From an uncultured Acidimicrobiaceae bacterium (GTDB taxonomy: Bacteria; Actinomycetota; Acidimicrobiia; Acidimicrobiales; Bog-793): a DNA stretch of 64,000 bases. The DNA lies in the NCBI GenBank assembly GCA_963849105.1, contig CAWKGD010000003.1, forward strand, positions 705,428-769,427. Direction: 5' to 3'. A program made the translations under genes and the position numbers. The notes under the pieces are model-generated. The model was not told the DNA's origin, did not search any database, and was given only the letters and a program-made list of their open reading frames with translations. Position 1 is the first letter of the stretch. Each line of letters starts with the position of its first letter. Below, in pieces: positions 44,789 to 55,146 of this stretch.

Positions 44789-46354
44789 ATGACCACGGTT
44801 GCGGCCGAACCCTTCCTGCACGTCGACGACGTCCTGACGCCCGAGGCGACGGCCTTCGTCGTCGGCTTGCACGAGACGTTCGACAAGCGGCGCTGTGACC
44901 TGCTCGCCCTGCGGCGTGAGCGTCAGGCCCGCTTTGACGCCGGCGAGCGGCCGGACTTCTTAGAAGAGACCGCCGCGATCCGCTCACAGTCCTGGCGGGT
45001 GCCCGCTGCGCCGCGGGGGCTCGTCGATCGCCGCGTCGAGATCACCGGCCCGGTGGAACGCAAGATGATGATCAACGCGCTGAACTCGGGTGCCAGGGTC
45101 TTCATGGCCGACTTCGAGGACGCGAACTCGCCCACGTGGGCGAACGTGATCGAGGGTCAGCGCAACCTCGTCGACGCCGTGCGCGGTTCGATCGAGCTCG
45201 AGACCGCCGAGCGTACGTACCGGCTCGGCGAGAACCCGGCGACGTTGGTCGTGCGACCGCGCGGATGGCACCTCTTCGAGAAGCACTTCACTGTCGATGG
45301 CGTGGCGGTGTCGGCGAGCCTGTTCGACGCCGGGCTGTACCTCTTCCACAACGCGCGCGAATCGATCGGTCGCGGCTTCGGACCGTACTTCTACCTTGCA
45401 AAGCTCGAATCGCACGAAGAGGCGCGCCTGTGGGACGAGGTGCTCGCGTACTGCGAGGACGAACTCGACTTGCCGCGGGGATCCGTGCGCGTCACCGTGC
45501 TCATCGAGACGATCACAGCCGCGTTCGAAATGGACGAGATCCTCTACGAGCTGCAGGACCACATCTGTGGGCTGAACGCCGGACGGTGGGACTACATCTT
45601 CTCGATCGCGAAGCGCTTCCACGCCGACCCGGCCTTCGTGCTCGCTGATCGGGCGATGGTCACGATGACCGTGCCGTTCATGCGCGCCTACACCGAGTTG
45701 CTGGTGAAGACGTGCCACGACCGCGGCGCGCACGCGATCGGCGGCATGGCGGCATTCATTCCGAATCGGAAAAAGCCGGACGTCACCGAGCGGGCGCTCG
45801 AAAAGGTCGCCGACGACAAGCGACGCGAGGCGGGGGACGGCTTCGACGGGACCTGGGTCGCGCACCCGGACCTCGTTCCGACCGCGCTCGCCGAGTTCGA
45901 CGCGGTGCTGGGTGCGCGCCCGAACCAGCTCGAACGCCAGCGCGACGACGTCGCGGTTTCGGCCTCCAACCTGCTCGCGGTGCACCGTCCGCCGGGCAGC
46001 GTGACGCGCCAGGGCCTCGAGACGAACGTCTCGGTCGGTCTCCGCTACCTCATCTCGTGGTTGCAGGGGACCGGGGCTGCGGCGATCGACGATCTGATGG
46101 AGGACGCCGCCACGGCGGAGATCTCCCGAGCGCAGATCTGGCAGTGGGTCCACCACGACGTCGAACTCGCCGACGGGACAGAGGTCACCGGCGCGCTCGT
46201 CGAACGACTCCTCGCAGAGCACGCGCAGCGCGCCCTCGACGAAGGAGTACCCGCGGAGATCGTCTCGATGGCGCGCGCCCTTTTCAAACAGGTGGCACTC
46301 TCCGACGAGTTCATCGACTTTTTGACCCTGCCCGCCTACGGGTACCTGGCGTGA
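44789..46354 (+). CDS. aceB: Malate synthase A
   Basis: About 520 aa, which is A-type length. Conserved core [17 protein letters not shown], the [10 protein letters not shown] region, and the catalytic segment [11 protein letters not shown] 44789 lies within the TTG-initiated ORF starting at 44780. Confidence 0.92.
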   Translation: MTTVAAEPFLHVDDVLTPEATAFVVGLHETFDKRRCDLLALRRERQARFDAGERPDFLEETAAIRSQSWRVPAAPRGLVDRRVEITGPVERKMMINALNSGARVFMADFEDANSPTWANVIEGQRNLVDAVRGSIELETAERTYRLGENPATLVVRPRGWHLFEKHFTVDGVAVSASLFDAGLYLFHNARESIGRGFGPYFYLAKLESHEEARLWDEVLAYCEDELDLPRGSVRVTVLIETITAAFEMDEILYELQDHICGLNAGRWDYIFSIAKRFHADPAFVLADRAMVTMTVPFMRAYTELLVKTCHDRGAHAIGGMAAFIPNRKKPDVTERALEKVADDKRREAGDGFDGTWVAHPDLVPTALAEFDAVLGARPNQLERQRDDVAVSASNLLAVHRPPGSVTRQGLETNVSVGLRYLISWLQGTGAAAIDDLMEDAATAEISRAQIWQWVHHDVELADGTEVTGALVERLLAEHAQRALDEGVPAEIVSMARALFKQVALSDEFIDFLTLPAYGYLA

Positions 46355-46397
46355 GCCGGGGCACTCGACGTTCATCACCAGAAAGGACGGATCGGCT

Positions 46398-47726
46398 ATG
46401 ACGATGCGGCGATTCGACGAGCCGAAAAGGCCCCGCTTTGACGACCAGGTCGCCGAGCTCGAGCAATCCTGGGCGCGTGACGCGCGCTGGTCGGGAACTG
46501 AGCGCTCGTATGGGGCCGCCGATGTCGTCCGACTGCGTGGCTCGGTAGACGTCAGGCACTCGATCGCGGAGAAGGGCGCCAACGACCTGTGGCGTCTTTT
46601 GCACACCGAGGAGTACGTCCACGCGCTCGGCGCGCTCACCGGCGGCCAGGCCGTCGAGATGGTGAAGGCGGGTCTGCGGGCGATCTACCTCTCCGGATGG
46701 CAGGTCGCCGCCGACGCCAACCTCTCCGAGCAGGTCTACCCGGACCAGAGTCTCTACGCCTCGAACAGCGTGCCGGCCGTTGTGCGACGGATCAACAATG
46801 CGCTGCGCCGCGCCGATCAGATCGAGTGGTCAGAGCGCAAGGACGAGCAGTCAACCGAATGGCTCGTGCCGATCGTCGCCGACGCCGAAGCCGGTTTCGG
46901 CGGGGCGTTGAACGTCTTCGAGCTGATGAAGCAGATGATCGAAGCGGGCGCGGCCGGGGTTCACTTCGAAGACCAGCTCTCGTCGGAAAAAAAGTGCGGG
47001 CACATGGGAGGCAAGGTGCTCGTGCCGACGGGACAGCACATCCGCACGCTCGAGGCGGCACGCCTCGCGGCGGACGTCATGGGAGTGCCGTCTTTGATCG
47101 TTGCCCGCACCGACTCGCTCGGCGCAGCCTTGTTGACGAGCGACGTCGACGAGCGCGACCGGCAATTCGTCACAGGTGAACGCACCAACGAAGGCTTCTT
47201 TGTTGTGCGCAGGGGAATGGACGCCGCCGTCGCGCGGGCGCTCGCCTACGCTCCGTATTCGGATCTGTTGTGGTGCGAGACTCCAACCCCCGACCTCGCA
47301 GAGGCGAGGGCGTTCGCCGAGGCGGTGAAGGACGAGTTCCCCGACCAGATCCTCGCCTACAACTGCTCGCCGTCGTTCAACTGGAAGCGGAACCTCGACG
47401 ACGCAACGATCGCGAAATTCCAACACGAGCTCGCGCAGATGGGCTACCGCTTCCAGTTCGTGACACTCGCCGGCTGGCACGCGCTCAACGCTTCGATGTT
47501 CGAGCTCGCGCACGGCTACGCCCGCCACGGGATGAGCGCCTACGTGGAGTTACAAGAAAAGGAGTTCGCGCTGGAGAGCGACGGCTACTCGGCGACCCGC
47601 CACCAGCGCGAAGTGGGAGCGGGGTACTTCGACGAGGTGATGACGACCCTCTCCAAGGGCGGCTCGTCAACGCTCGCCTTGAGCGGTTCGACCGAAGAAG
47701 ACCAGTTCGAGACGGCCGCCGTCTGA
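46398..47726 (+). CDS. aceA: Isocitrate lyase
   Basis: Signature KKCGHMGGK, 442 aa, with a GAAAGGA RBS. It begins 43 nt after aceB. Confidence 0.95.
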   Translation: MTMRRFDEPKRPRFDDQVAELEQSWARDARWSGTERSYGAADVVRLRGSVDVRHSIAEKGANDLWRLLHTEEYVHALGALTGGQAVEMVKAGLRAIYLSGWQVAADANLSEQVYPDQSLYASNSVPAVVRRINNALRRADQIEWSERKDEQSTEWLVPIVADAEAGFGGALNVFELMKQMIEAGAAGVHFEDQLSSEKKCGHMGGKVLVPTGQHIRTLEAARLAADVMGVPSLIVARTDSLGAALLTSDVDERDRQFVTGERTNEGFFVVRRGMDAAVARALAYAPYSDLLWCETPTPDLAEARAFAEAVKDEFPDQILAYNCSPSFNWKRNLDDATIAKFQHELAQMGYRFQFVTLAGWHALNASMFELAHGYARHGMSAYVELQEKEFALESDGYSATRHQREVGAGYFDEVMTTLSKGGSSTLALSGSTEEDQFETAAV

Positions 47727-47743
47727 CGGCAGCACGCCACAGC

Positions 47744-49024
47744 TCAGTCGTCAGAGGTAAGGATCGGCAACAGCGCAGCGAACTTCGCCTCGGTCTCGGC
47801 GAATTCTGATTCTGGGTCGGATTCGGCGACGATGCCGCCCCCCGCACAGAGCACCGCCTCGTTCTTGTCAACGGTCGCGGAGCGGATGCCGATCCACCAC
47901 GCGCCGTCGCCGTTCGCGTCGACGTAGCCGACGGGGCCGCCGTAACGGCCGCGTTCGAAGGGCTCGGTGCGGGCGAGATAGGCGAGCGCCGCCTCGCGCG
48001 GTGAGCCGCCGATCGCCGGCGTCGGATGGAGCGCCAGCGCGAGTTCGAGGGCGCTCGGGCGCCGTGTGTCGTCGATGTCGAGAGAGCCGGTGATGTGCGT
48101 CGCGAGATGGGTGACCGTCGCGAGCTCGAGGGGCTCGGGCTCCGAGGCTGCCTCGAGGTTCGCGCCGCAGGCGGTGAGGACCTTTTCGATCTCCTCGACG
48201 ACGACGCGGTGCTCGAAGCGCTCCTTGTGCGAGGAAAAGAGCGACGCGATCGTCGCCGCGTTGTCGGCGGCATCGGGCAGGTGTGGCACTGTTCCTGCAA
48301 GCGGCGTCGAGGCGATCTGCGTGCCGCGCCGTGCGATCAGAAGCTCGGGAGAGGCACCGAGGAATCCGTCGATCGCGAACACCGTCGTCTTCGGCTGCGC
48401 GGAGCGGATCGCCGTGACGAGGTGGTCCTGGCGGTACGGAAGGTTGGCGGTGACGATGCAGTTCCGCGCGAGCACGACTTTTTCGAAGGAGCCGGCCGCG
48501 ATCGCCTCCTTCGCACTTACCACCCGTCGGAGGTAGTGGTCCTTGGACTCGGGATAGGTGACCTCGAAGCGGTCGGGCCCCGGCCGGACGCGCAATTCCG
48601 CATCGGCCCCTTGCAGGTGGTCGTCGAGGCCGGCGTCGCCGTCGGAGACGAGCATCACGACCTCTTCGTCACGGCGTCGGACGAGGGTGAGCGTCGGGAT
48701 GACGAGCTCTGCGGGTTCGCTCGCCTTGAAGGCCAGCGACGCGAACGCGACCGGCGCGCCAACGCCGTCGGTCGGTATCGCCCCGAGCAGCGCAACGACC
48801 TCCCTGGCAACAGACGGATCGGCAAAGCCGCCCGGTGCGACGAGGCGCGCCGCCGTTCCGACGCCGTAGCGAACGTCGCCGCGGGATTCGACGACGAAAC
48901 CGGTCGCCTGGGCGAGCCGCTCGATGCGCCCGCGCTGGACGGCGTCGACCTTGACGCGTCTCGCGGAGAGCGAGGCGGCGTCGACCGGGTGCCGGTCCGA
49001 TCCGATCATCTCGGCGGCGTTCAT
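47744..49024 (-). CDS. menF: Isochorismate synthase (menaquinone-type)
   Basis: Chorismate-binding C-terminal motifs ALHPTPAIGG and GRYGGPVGY. Translationally coupled to menG through an ATGA overlap at 49022-49026. Confidence 0.85.
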   Translation of the reverse strand: MNAAEMIGSDRHPVDAASLSARRVKVDAVQRGRIERLAQATGFVVESRGDVRYGVGTAARLVAPGGFADPSVAREVVALLGAIPTDGVGAPVAFASLAFKASEPAELVIPTLTLVRRRDEEVVMLVSDGDAGLDDHLQGADAELRVRPGPDRFEVTYPESKDHYLRRVVSAKEAIAAGSFEKVVLARNCIVTANLPYRQDHLVTAIRSAQPKTTVFAIDGFLGASPELLIARRGTQIASTPLAGTVPHLPDAADNAATIASLFSSHKERFEHRVVVEEIEKVLTACGANLEAASEPEPLELATVTHLATHITGSLDIDDTRRPSALELALALHPTPAIGGSPREAALAYLARTEPFERGRYGGPVGYVDANGDGAWWIGIRSATVDKNEAVLCAGGGIVAESDPESEFAETEAKFAALLPILTSDD

Positions 49025-49776
49025 CAGGCGGTCTTTCTCGTCGAGGTCGGGCGGGAAGCGATGGGGAAGGGCTTACCACCCGAGCGCGTCGCGCAGATCA
49101 GCTGCGCGATCCCGCCGTTCAGCCGGAATCGCTCGATGCCTTCGAAGCCCACCTCTTCGAGCAGCTTTTTCAGCGCCGGGGGTGGCGGCAGGTAGGCGAA
49201 CGACCGCGGCAGGTAGCGGTACGCCTCGGCGTCAGACAGTGCGGCACCGATCGTCGGCACGAAGAAGCGGAACCAGAGCCGGTGACCGAGACGAAGGATC
49301 GGAAGGTCCGGCTCGTCCACCTCCAACAGTGCGACCCGCCCGACCGGACGAAGCACGCGTGCCATCTCTTTCAGCACGGCGGCGAGGTCGGTGAAGTTCC
49401 TCAGTGCGAACCCCGAGACGATCCCGTCGACCGAGCCGTCTTTCAATGGTAGGCGACCGGCGTCCGCCTCGACGAGTGGGGAGGTGATGCCGTGCGTCGA
49501 GCGCAGCATGTTCAGCGCGAAGTCGACCCCGATGACGCGGTATCGCTCGCGTTCCGCCAGACGGATGAGATCGCCGGTCCCGCACGCCAGGTCGACGACG
49601 AACGACGATGGGGCGAGGTCGAGTGAACGGATCGTCCGTCGACGCCACGCCTGGTCGAGCCCGAAGGCGATGATCCGGTTGATGAGGTCATAACGCGGAG
49701 CGATCTTGTCGAACATCGCCCGCACGACCGAGGTCTTCTCCTCTCCACGGGGGAGAACGGTCGTGTTCTTGCTCAC
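49024..49776 (-). CDS. menG: Demethylmenaquinone methyltransferase (UbiE/MenG)
   Basis: MFDKIAPRYDLIN and the SAM motif VVDLACGTGD. GTG 49776 lies inside the spurious 506-aa ORF 49024..50544. Confidence 0.88.
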   Translation of the reverse strand: MSKNTTVLPRGEEKTSVVRAMFDKIAPRYDLINRIIAFGLDQAWRRRTIRSLDLAPSSFVVDLACGTGDLIRLAERERYRVIGVDFALNMLRSTHGITSPLVEADAGRLPLKDGSVDGIVSGFALRNFTDLAAVLKEMARVLRPVGRVALLEVDEPDLPILRLGHRLWFRFFVPTIGAALSDAEAYRYLPRSFAYLPPPPALKKLLEEVGFEGIERFRLNGGIAQLICATRSGGKPFPIASRPTSTRKTA

Positions 49777-49811
49777 GGGGCAAACGCTCGGTTCAAGCGG
49801 ACCGCAAGTGC

Positions 49812-50186
49812 TCAGCGGTACCAGATGCGCACGTAGTGGCGGCTCTGGGGATGCAGCAACAAGACGACGAGTGCGATCTGGAACAGCAACGAGAGGATGT
49901 TGGCTGCGAAGACGCTGGCGAGGAAGATCAACAAGAAGAGCGGCAGCACTGCCGCGGCGATCGCCACGTAGTAGCCCCACTTCTTCGCGTTCGAGATCCC
50001 CAAGGCGCCGGCGAGGTCGGCCGCGATGAGGAGCAGCGAAAGCCGCCCGAGTCCTCCGACGGCGACGCCGGCGATGAGACCCAAGATGGCGTTCCAGTAC
50101 AAAAGGGCCGTCGCGATCTGCAGCGTCTGAGGCTGGCCGGTCGGGAACCACCGCACGTGCTGGAGCGACGACGAGGGCATTGGCAC
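49812..50186 (-). CDS. Small hypothetical membrane protein (3-4 TM helices)
   Basis: 124-aa strongly hydrophobic ORF packed between rlmN and menG. I recognise no family. Confidence 0.5.
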   Translation of the reverse strand: MPMPSSSLQHVRWFPTGQPQTLQIATALLYWNAILGLIAGVAVGGLGRLSLLLIAADLAGALGISNAKKWGYYVAIAAAVLPLFLLIFLASVFAANILSLLFQIALVVLLLHPQSRHYVRIWYR

Positions 50187-50192
50187 AGTCTG

Positions 50193-51257
50193 TCAGTCGG
50201 CCCCCACAGAGGGCACCATCGCCGCGGCGGCGGATTCGGCCGACCCGGCGAGCTGGCCGCAGGCGGCGGCGATCTCGCGTCCGCGGGTGCGCCGAACCGT
50301 AACGTTCACTTCTGCAGCCAAGAGGGAGTCGCGAAACGCCCGCACCCGGCTCGCGGGGCTGCCGCGAAGGCCGCGGGACAGCCCGCCTTCGGTTGGGTTC
50401 AACGGGATGAGGTTGACGTGCGCGCGCAGCTCGCGCGCGATCGGCGCGAGTTCGAGCGCGTCGGTGAGCGTGTCGTTGACGCCGTCGATCAGCGCCCACT
50501 CGAGCGAGATCCGGCGGTGGGTCGCGTCGAGGTACTCGTGACAAGCGGCGATGAGCGCGGCGATCGGGTAGCGACGGTTCAGCGGCACGAGGGAGTCGCG
50601 CAGCGCGTCATTGGCCGCGTGCAAAGAGAGTGCCAGGTTGACCTGCCGGTCCAAGGTGGCGAGCTTTTTGATGCCCGGGACGACGCCGACGGTCGAGATC
50701 GTCACGCGGCGGGCGCCGAGGCCGATCTCGTCGACGATGCGCAGCGTCGCCTTCTCGACGTTGCTGAAGTTGGCGAGCGGCTCGCCCATCCCCATGAAGA
50801 CGACGTGGTCGAGGCGTCGGCCGGCATCGAGGGCCGCGCGCCCGGCGAGTGCCACCTGTTCGACGATCTCGCCGACACTGAGATGACGGGCGAAGCCGGC
50901 ATCGCCGGTCGCACAGAACGTGCACGCCATCGCGCAACCGGCCTGCGACGAGACGCAGACGGTGGAGTGGCGTTCGTGGTGCATAAGGACGGTCTCGATC
51001 GCCGCGCCGTCGCGCAACTCGAGGAGCCATTTGCGCGTCGCTCCGTCGTCGGCTGTCAGATCGCGCGCGACGTGGAATGTCGGCGCGAGCTCGTCGAGGT
51101 CGGCGAGCCGGCTCCGCATCGCCGAGGGGATCTCGTGGATTTCTTCGGACGTCGCGAATCGGGTCAGGAGCGCGTGGCAGATCTGCTCGATGCGATAACG
51201 GGGCAGGTCGGGGAGTAACGCCGCGAGCCCATCGCCGTCGTAGTCGTAGCGGCTCAT
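50193..51257 (-). CDS. rlmN: 23S rRNA/tRNA (adenine-C2)-methyltransferase RlmN (radical SAM)
   Basis: CxxxCxxC cluster CAMACTFCATG, GMGEPLAN, and the C-terminal AACGQL. Homology starts at MSRYDYDG (ATG 51257). Confidence 0.92.
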   Translation of the reverse strand: MSRYDYDGDGLAALLPDLPRYRIEQICHALLTRFATSEEIHEIPSAMRSRLADLDELAPTFHVARDLTADDGATRKWLLELRDGAAIETVLMHHERHSTVCVSSQAGCAMACTFCATGDAGFARHLSVGEIVEQVALAGRAALDAGRRLDHVVFMGMGEPLANFSNVEKATLRIVDEIGLGARRVTISTVGVVPGIKKLATLDRQVNLALSLHAANDALRDSLVPLNRRYPIAALIAACHEYLDATHRRISLEWALIDGVNDTLTDALELAPIARELRAHVNLIPLNPTEGGLSRGLRGSPASRVRAFRDSLLAAEVNVTVRRTRGREIAAACGQLAGSAESAAAAMVPSVGAD

Positions 51258-51347
51258 CGGACCCTTCTCTCCCACCTTGCTCCGGGCGAGCGTAACGACG
51301 CGACCCCACTCGATCGGTGGTCGGGCACCCATTGGTACCGTCGAGCC

Positions 51348-52052
51348 GTGGCCCGCACCTTGAACACGAAGGCGCGAGCCCGTGTCGTCACCGAACGGCT
51401 TGGCGAGATCTTCCCAGGCAGCGCGAAGGAACTCTGCGCGCTGAACCACGAAAACCCGTTTCAGCTCCTCGTCGCGACGATCCTCTCGGCACAGACGACC
51501 GACGAACGGGTGAACCTCGTCACCCCGGCGCTGTTCGCCCGCTATGGCGAGCCAGAGGACCTCGCTGGGGCGGAGCTCTCAGAGCTCGAGGAGCTGATTC
51601 GCTCGACGGGTTTTTTCCGGCAGAAATCAAAAAGCCTCGTCGGCATGGGGAGCGGTCTCGTCGAACGCTTCGGTGGCGAGGTTCCGACGGCGCTCGAGGA
51701 CCTCGTCACGCTGCCGGGCGTCGGACGCAAGACGGCCAACGTCGTGCGCTCGGTCGCCTTCGGACTGCCGGGTTTGCCGGTCGACACCCACGTCGGTCGA
51801 CTGGCGGGGCGGCTGCACCTGAGTAGCTCGGGCGATCCCGACGTCATCGAGAAGGATTTGTGCGCGCTCGTACCCGAGGACGAATGGGGCGGCCTCAGCC
51901 TCCGTCTGATCCTGCACGGCCGGCAGACCTGCACGGCGAAAAAACCGCTCTGCGCGTCCTGCGTGCTCGCCGACGTCTGCCCGAGCGCCGGGTCCTTCGA
52001 CGCGGCGCCATCCGCCTCGCGCCGGTCGAGGACTACCGCCCCTGCTCGATGA
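51348..52052 (+). CDS. nth: Endonuclease III
   Basis: HhH-GPD motif LPGVGRKTANVV, catalytic VDTHV, and the 4Fe-4S cluster C-x6-C-x2-C-x5-C (CTAKKPLCASCVLADVC). Confidence 0.92.
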   Translation: MARTLNTKARARVVTERLGEIFPGSAKELCALNHENPFQLLVATILSAQTTDERVNLVTPALFARYGEPEDLAGAELSELEELIRSTGFFRQKSKSLVGMGSGLVERFGGEVPTALEDLVTLPGVGRKTANVVRSVAFGLPGLPVDTHVGRLAGRLHLSSSGDPDVIEKDLCALVPEDEWGGLSLRLILHGRQTCTAKKPLCASCVLADVCPSAGSFDAAPSASRRSRTTAPAR

Positions 52053-52224
52053 TGCGGGCGATGCGGCGCGTCGCTCCGAGGAGGGAGCGCTCGACCGAAT
52101 AGAGATCGTGCGCTGTCGCGTCGTCGCGGGCCGCCTGGGCGGCGTCACCCATCGCCGCGATGCGTTTTGCCAAGTCTTCGATCGTCTTCGCCATCGACGA
52201 GAGTTCCGAGTGCTCGACCGGCAC
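52033..52224 (-). CDS. Small helical hypothetical protein (63 aa)
   Basis: GTG start preceded by a GAAGGAGGA RBS. Predicted all-helical with no recognised family. It overlaps the nth 3' end by 20 nt. Confidence 0.45.
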   Translation of the reverse strand: MPVEHSELSSMAKTIEDLAKRIAAMGDAAQAARDDATAHDLYSVERSLLGATRRIARIIEQGR

Positions 52225-52395
52225 GATCCTCCTTCACGACTCGGTTGTGCGACTCAGTATCCCCGACGTCCGCCCTGGTCGTGGCGCAGCGGTGGCTGGC
52301 GCGTGACGTGGAAGCGGTACCGTCATTTCGTGGTCGCTACTCCCAAAAAGATCCGCGAGGTCTCGAGTCCCTTGCCGGCGAAGCAGCCGGTGACG

Positions 52396-52689
52396 ATGGT
52401 GAACGACCGGATCCTCGTCCAGCTTCCCGATCCCGAAGGCGAGCGCCGCTCGCGCGCCGGCATCTTGATCCCGGCGACCGCCCAGCTGACGAAGCGACTC
52501 ACCTGGGCTGAAGTGATGGCGATCGGTCCGAATGTCCGCACCGCGAAGCCAGGCGACAAGGTGCTGTTCAACAGAGAGGACTGCTTCGAAGTCGAGGTGC
52601 AAGGCGAGGAGTACCTGATCCTTCGCGAACGCGACGTCCAGGCGCTCGCGACGGAGCGTCTGGACGGGGGGACCGGCCTGTACCTGTGA
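52396..52689 (+). CDS. GroES-like co-chaperonin family protein (Cpn10 fold paralog)
   Basis: NDRILVQLPDPEGERRSRAGILIP...AEVMAIGP...KPGDKVLF matches the Cpn10 pattern. The start is ATG 52396 or GTG 52330. No groEL is adjacent. Confidence 0.7.
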   Translation: MVNDRILVQLPDPEGERRSRAGILIPATAQLTKRLTWAEVMAIGPNVRTAKPGDKVLFNREDCFEVEVQGEEYLILRERDVQALATERLDGGTGLYL

Positions 52690-52746
52690 CACCGGCCGAG
52701 TCGGCGATCTTCCTCGGGCACGGGCGCTTCGAAAGGGCGCGATGAG

Positions 52747-53649
52747 ATGACCACGGTGCTCGATCGCGATGCGACGTATGCAGCGATCCACGACGGCAAG
52801 GTCGGTTACGAAGAGCCGATCGACGTCGTCCGCGTGAGCGGTCCGGACGCGATGAGCTACCTGCAGGGCCAGGTCTCCCAGGACCTCGGCGCGCTCGAGC
52901 CCGGTGGCGCGGTCGAAACCCTGGTGCTCTCGCCACAAGGAAAGCTCGACGGCTACGGGTGGCTGGTCCGACTCTCAGAAGACGAGGCCGTGCTCGTCGC
53001 GGCGCTCGGGTTCGGGGAACCGCTGTACGAGCGGTTGGGGCGGTTCAAGATCCGCGTGAAGGCGGATCTTGCCCTGGAGGCGTGGGAGCGCGCCGTCTTG
53101 CGCGGACCGAAGGTTCCGCTCGCAACGAGCGATCCCGACGCCGTCGTGGTTCGTGTCTCGTACCCGGGGTATGAGGGGGTCGATCTCGTCGGGCCAGAGA
53201 TCGCGTTGCCAGATGACGTCCCGATCGGCGCGGACGAAGGTTTCGAGGCGGCACGCATCGAGGCGGGGATCCCGAAGATGGGTACGGAGCTCACCGAGAA
53301 AACGATCCCGCAAGAAGCCGGCATCGTCGATCGTACGGTGAGCTTCTCGAAGGGTTGCTACACCGGACAGGAGCTCGTCGCTCGCATCGACGCGCGCGGC
53401 GGCAAGGTTCCCCGCCGCCTCGTCGGGCTCGTCATCGACGGGGCGGACGTCTCCGCCGGTGACGCGTTGCGCCTCGAGGGGAACGACGTCGGATGGGTGA
53501 CGTCTGCGGCGTACTCGCCGCGCGTGCACGCGCCGGTCGCGCTCGCTTACTTGAGACGCGACGTCGCCGTGCCGATCGGGCTCGACGTCGTCACCGAATC
53601 GGGAGCATCTCCCGCCGAGGCGTCAGCGCTCCCTTTGTACCGCCAGTGA
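52747..53649 (+). CDS. ygfZ: Folate-binding YgfZ/CAF17 family protein (GcvT-like)
   Basis: GcvT-like fold and the family signature SFSKGCYTGQELVARI. Confidence 0.85.
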   Translation: MTTVLDRDATYAAIHDGKVGYEEPIDVVRVSGPDAMSYLQGQVSQDLGALEPGGAVETLVLSPQGKLDGYGWLVRLSEDEAVLVAALGFGEPLYERLGRFKIRVKADLALEAWERAVLRGPKVPLATSDPDAVVVRVSYPGYEGVDLVGPEIALPDDVPIGADEGFEAARIEAGIPKMGTELTEKTIPQEAGIVDRTVSFSKGCYTGQELVARIDARGGKVPRRLVGLVIDGADVSAGDALRLEGNDVGWVTSAAYSPRVHAPVALAYLRRDVAVPIGLDVVTESGASPAEASALPLYRQ

Positions 53650-55146
53650 CGGCGTCGTTGCCTGCCTGATCGGGGCGGGATCGGCCGGCAGCCTGACGGC
53701 GAAGCGAGTGCCGTGTCCGTCGGCGAGCGGCGACTCCACCTCGACCGTCCCGCCCATCTGCGCGACGAGTTCGCTGACGATCGTGAGTCCGAGCCCGGTT
53801 CCCGCGGAGCGACCGGGACGCCGCACCGAGGAGTAGTGCCGCTCGAAGATGCGCGGCCGGTCCTCCTCGGCGATCCCCGGACCGTCGTCGCTGACCGTGA
53901 TCACGACGAATCCGTCGCGGGTCGCCTCGCAGCGCACTTCGACTTGTGTTTGTGCGAAACGCATCGCGTTCTCGATCAGGTTCGAAACGATCTGCGCGAT
54001 GCGGTCGCGGTCACCGACGATCGTCACTGGATCGTCGGCGTAGACGACGAGGGTGACGAGAGCCGCCTCGGCTGCGTAACGCAATGATGCCGCGGCATTC
54101 GACACGACGGTCGCAGCGTCGAGCTTGTCGATGTTCAGCGCGAACTGGTGCGCGTCGAGCCGGGCGAGGTCGAGCAGGTCGCCGATCAGTCGCTCGAGGC
54201 GGTTCGCCTCGCCGACGACGACACGCGCCGCGTGCGTCGGATCCTCGACCTCGCCTTCCATGATCGCCTCGGCGTAACCGAGGATCGAGGTGAGCGGGGT
54301 GCGCAGGTCGTGTGAGACGGCGAGCAGGAACTGGCGATCCAGGTCACGCAGGTCCTCCAAGTGCGCAGCCATCTGGTTGAGGGAGTCGCGCAGCGTCGCG
54401 AGCTCACCGACGTCGCTCCTCGAGGGGTCGAGTCGCGTTGAAAGGTCACCGGCCGCGATGCGACGCGCCGCGACGGCGGCGTCGACGACGCGTCGGCTGA
54501 CGCGCCGCGTGATCAGCGCGGCGGCGATCGCAGCGGCGATGAGCGAGATGCCGCCCGCCAACAAGAAGTACGAAATGCTCGCGGAGGTGGCCCCGACGAG
54601 CCGCGCGAGGTAGAGGGCGACGACCAGCTTCTTTTGTGTCGCGGACGCCGGCAGGGTGAACAGCGGAACCGCCGCATAGGCGATCCCTTGGCTCACGCCG
54701 GAGGTCGTGCGGCCGCGGGCGAGCGTCGCGACGTCGAGAGCGTGCGATCCGATGTCGAGCGGCTGGTCCACGGAGACGAGGAGCGCCGGTGGCGAGGCTT
54801 CGATGATCGCCGCTTGTTTGATCCCGGCGACGGTAGCGACGAACGGCAAGAGCTCGGTGAAGATCTTCGTCTCGCTCTCTCCCCGATGGGAGAGGGCCTC
54901 GGTGCTGCGGGCCAGGTTCTCGGTTTGGGCGAGAACCAAATCGCGGGCGTTTTCGGTGTTGGCATTTTGGACGAGGGCGAAACTGATGATGCCGGCGAAG
55001 GTCAGCGCGACCGCCAAGATGATGACGAAAGAAAGGGTGATCCTCGTCCCGATGCTGAGGAAGGCGCCGCGCCTCACGGGTCGGGGCGCTTCAGTCGCAG
55101 CGGTAGCCGACACCCCAGATCGTTTCGAGGGGGAGCGCATCGCCAA
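53623..55146 (-). CDS. Sensor histidine kinase (HAMP-HisKA-HATPase)
   Basis: Two transmembrane segments, a HAMP domain, H-box LAVSHDLRTPLTSI, N-box NLIENAMRF and G-box GTGLGLTIV. The start is uncertain (55146, 55140, 55113 or 55077). Confidence 0.9.
   Translation of the reverse strand: MAMRSPSKRSGVSATAATEAPRPVRRGAFLSIGTRITLSFVIILAVALTFAGIISFALVQNANTENARDLVLAQTENLARSTEALSHRGESETKIFTELLPFVATVAGIKQAAIIEASPPALLVSVDQPLDIGSHALDVATLARGRTTSGVSQGIAYAAVPLFTLPASATQKKLVVALYLARLVGATSASISYFLLAGGISLIAAAIAAALITRRVSRRVVDAAVAARRIAAGDLSTRLDPSRSDVGELATLRDSLNQMAAHLEDLRDLDRQFLLAVSHDLRTPLTSILGYAEAIMEGEVEDPTHAARVVVGEANRLERLIGDLLDLARLDAHQFALNIDKLDAATVVSNAAASLRYAAEAALVTLVVYADDPVTIVGDRDRIAQIVSNLIENAMRFAQTQVEVRCEATRDGFVVITVSDDGPGIAEEDRPRIFERHYSSVRRPGRSAGTGLGLTIVSELVAQMGGTVEVESPLADGHGTRFAVRLPADPAPIRQATTPSLAVQRER

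Noticed and set aside
49024-50544. 506-aa ORF that would fuse a long N-terminal extension to MenG
   Set aside because: Only the last 250 residues are UbiE/MenG-like. The extension is Arg-rich and low in complexity, and it overlaps the well-formed hydrophobic ORF 49812..50186 in another frame. The same N-terminal over-extension was trimmed for ORFs 57046..58602 (argB), 60947..62389 (argG), 22021.. (rel), 42597..43220 (VOC), 52108..52689 (GroES-like) and 55864..56655 (trpF).
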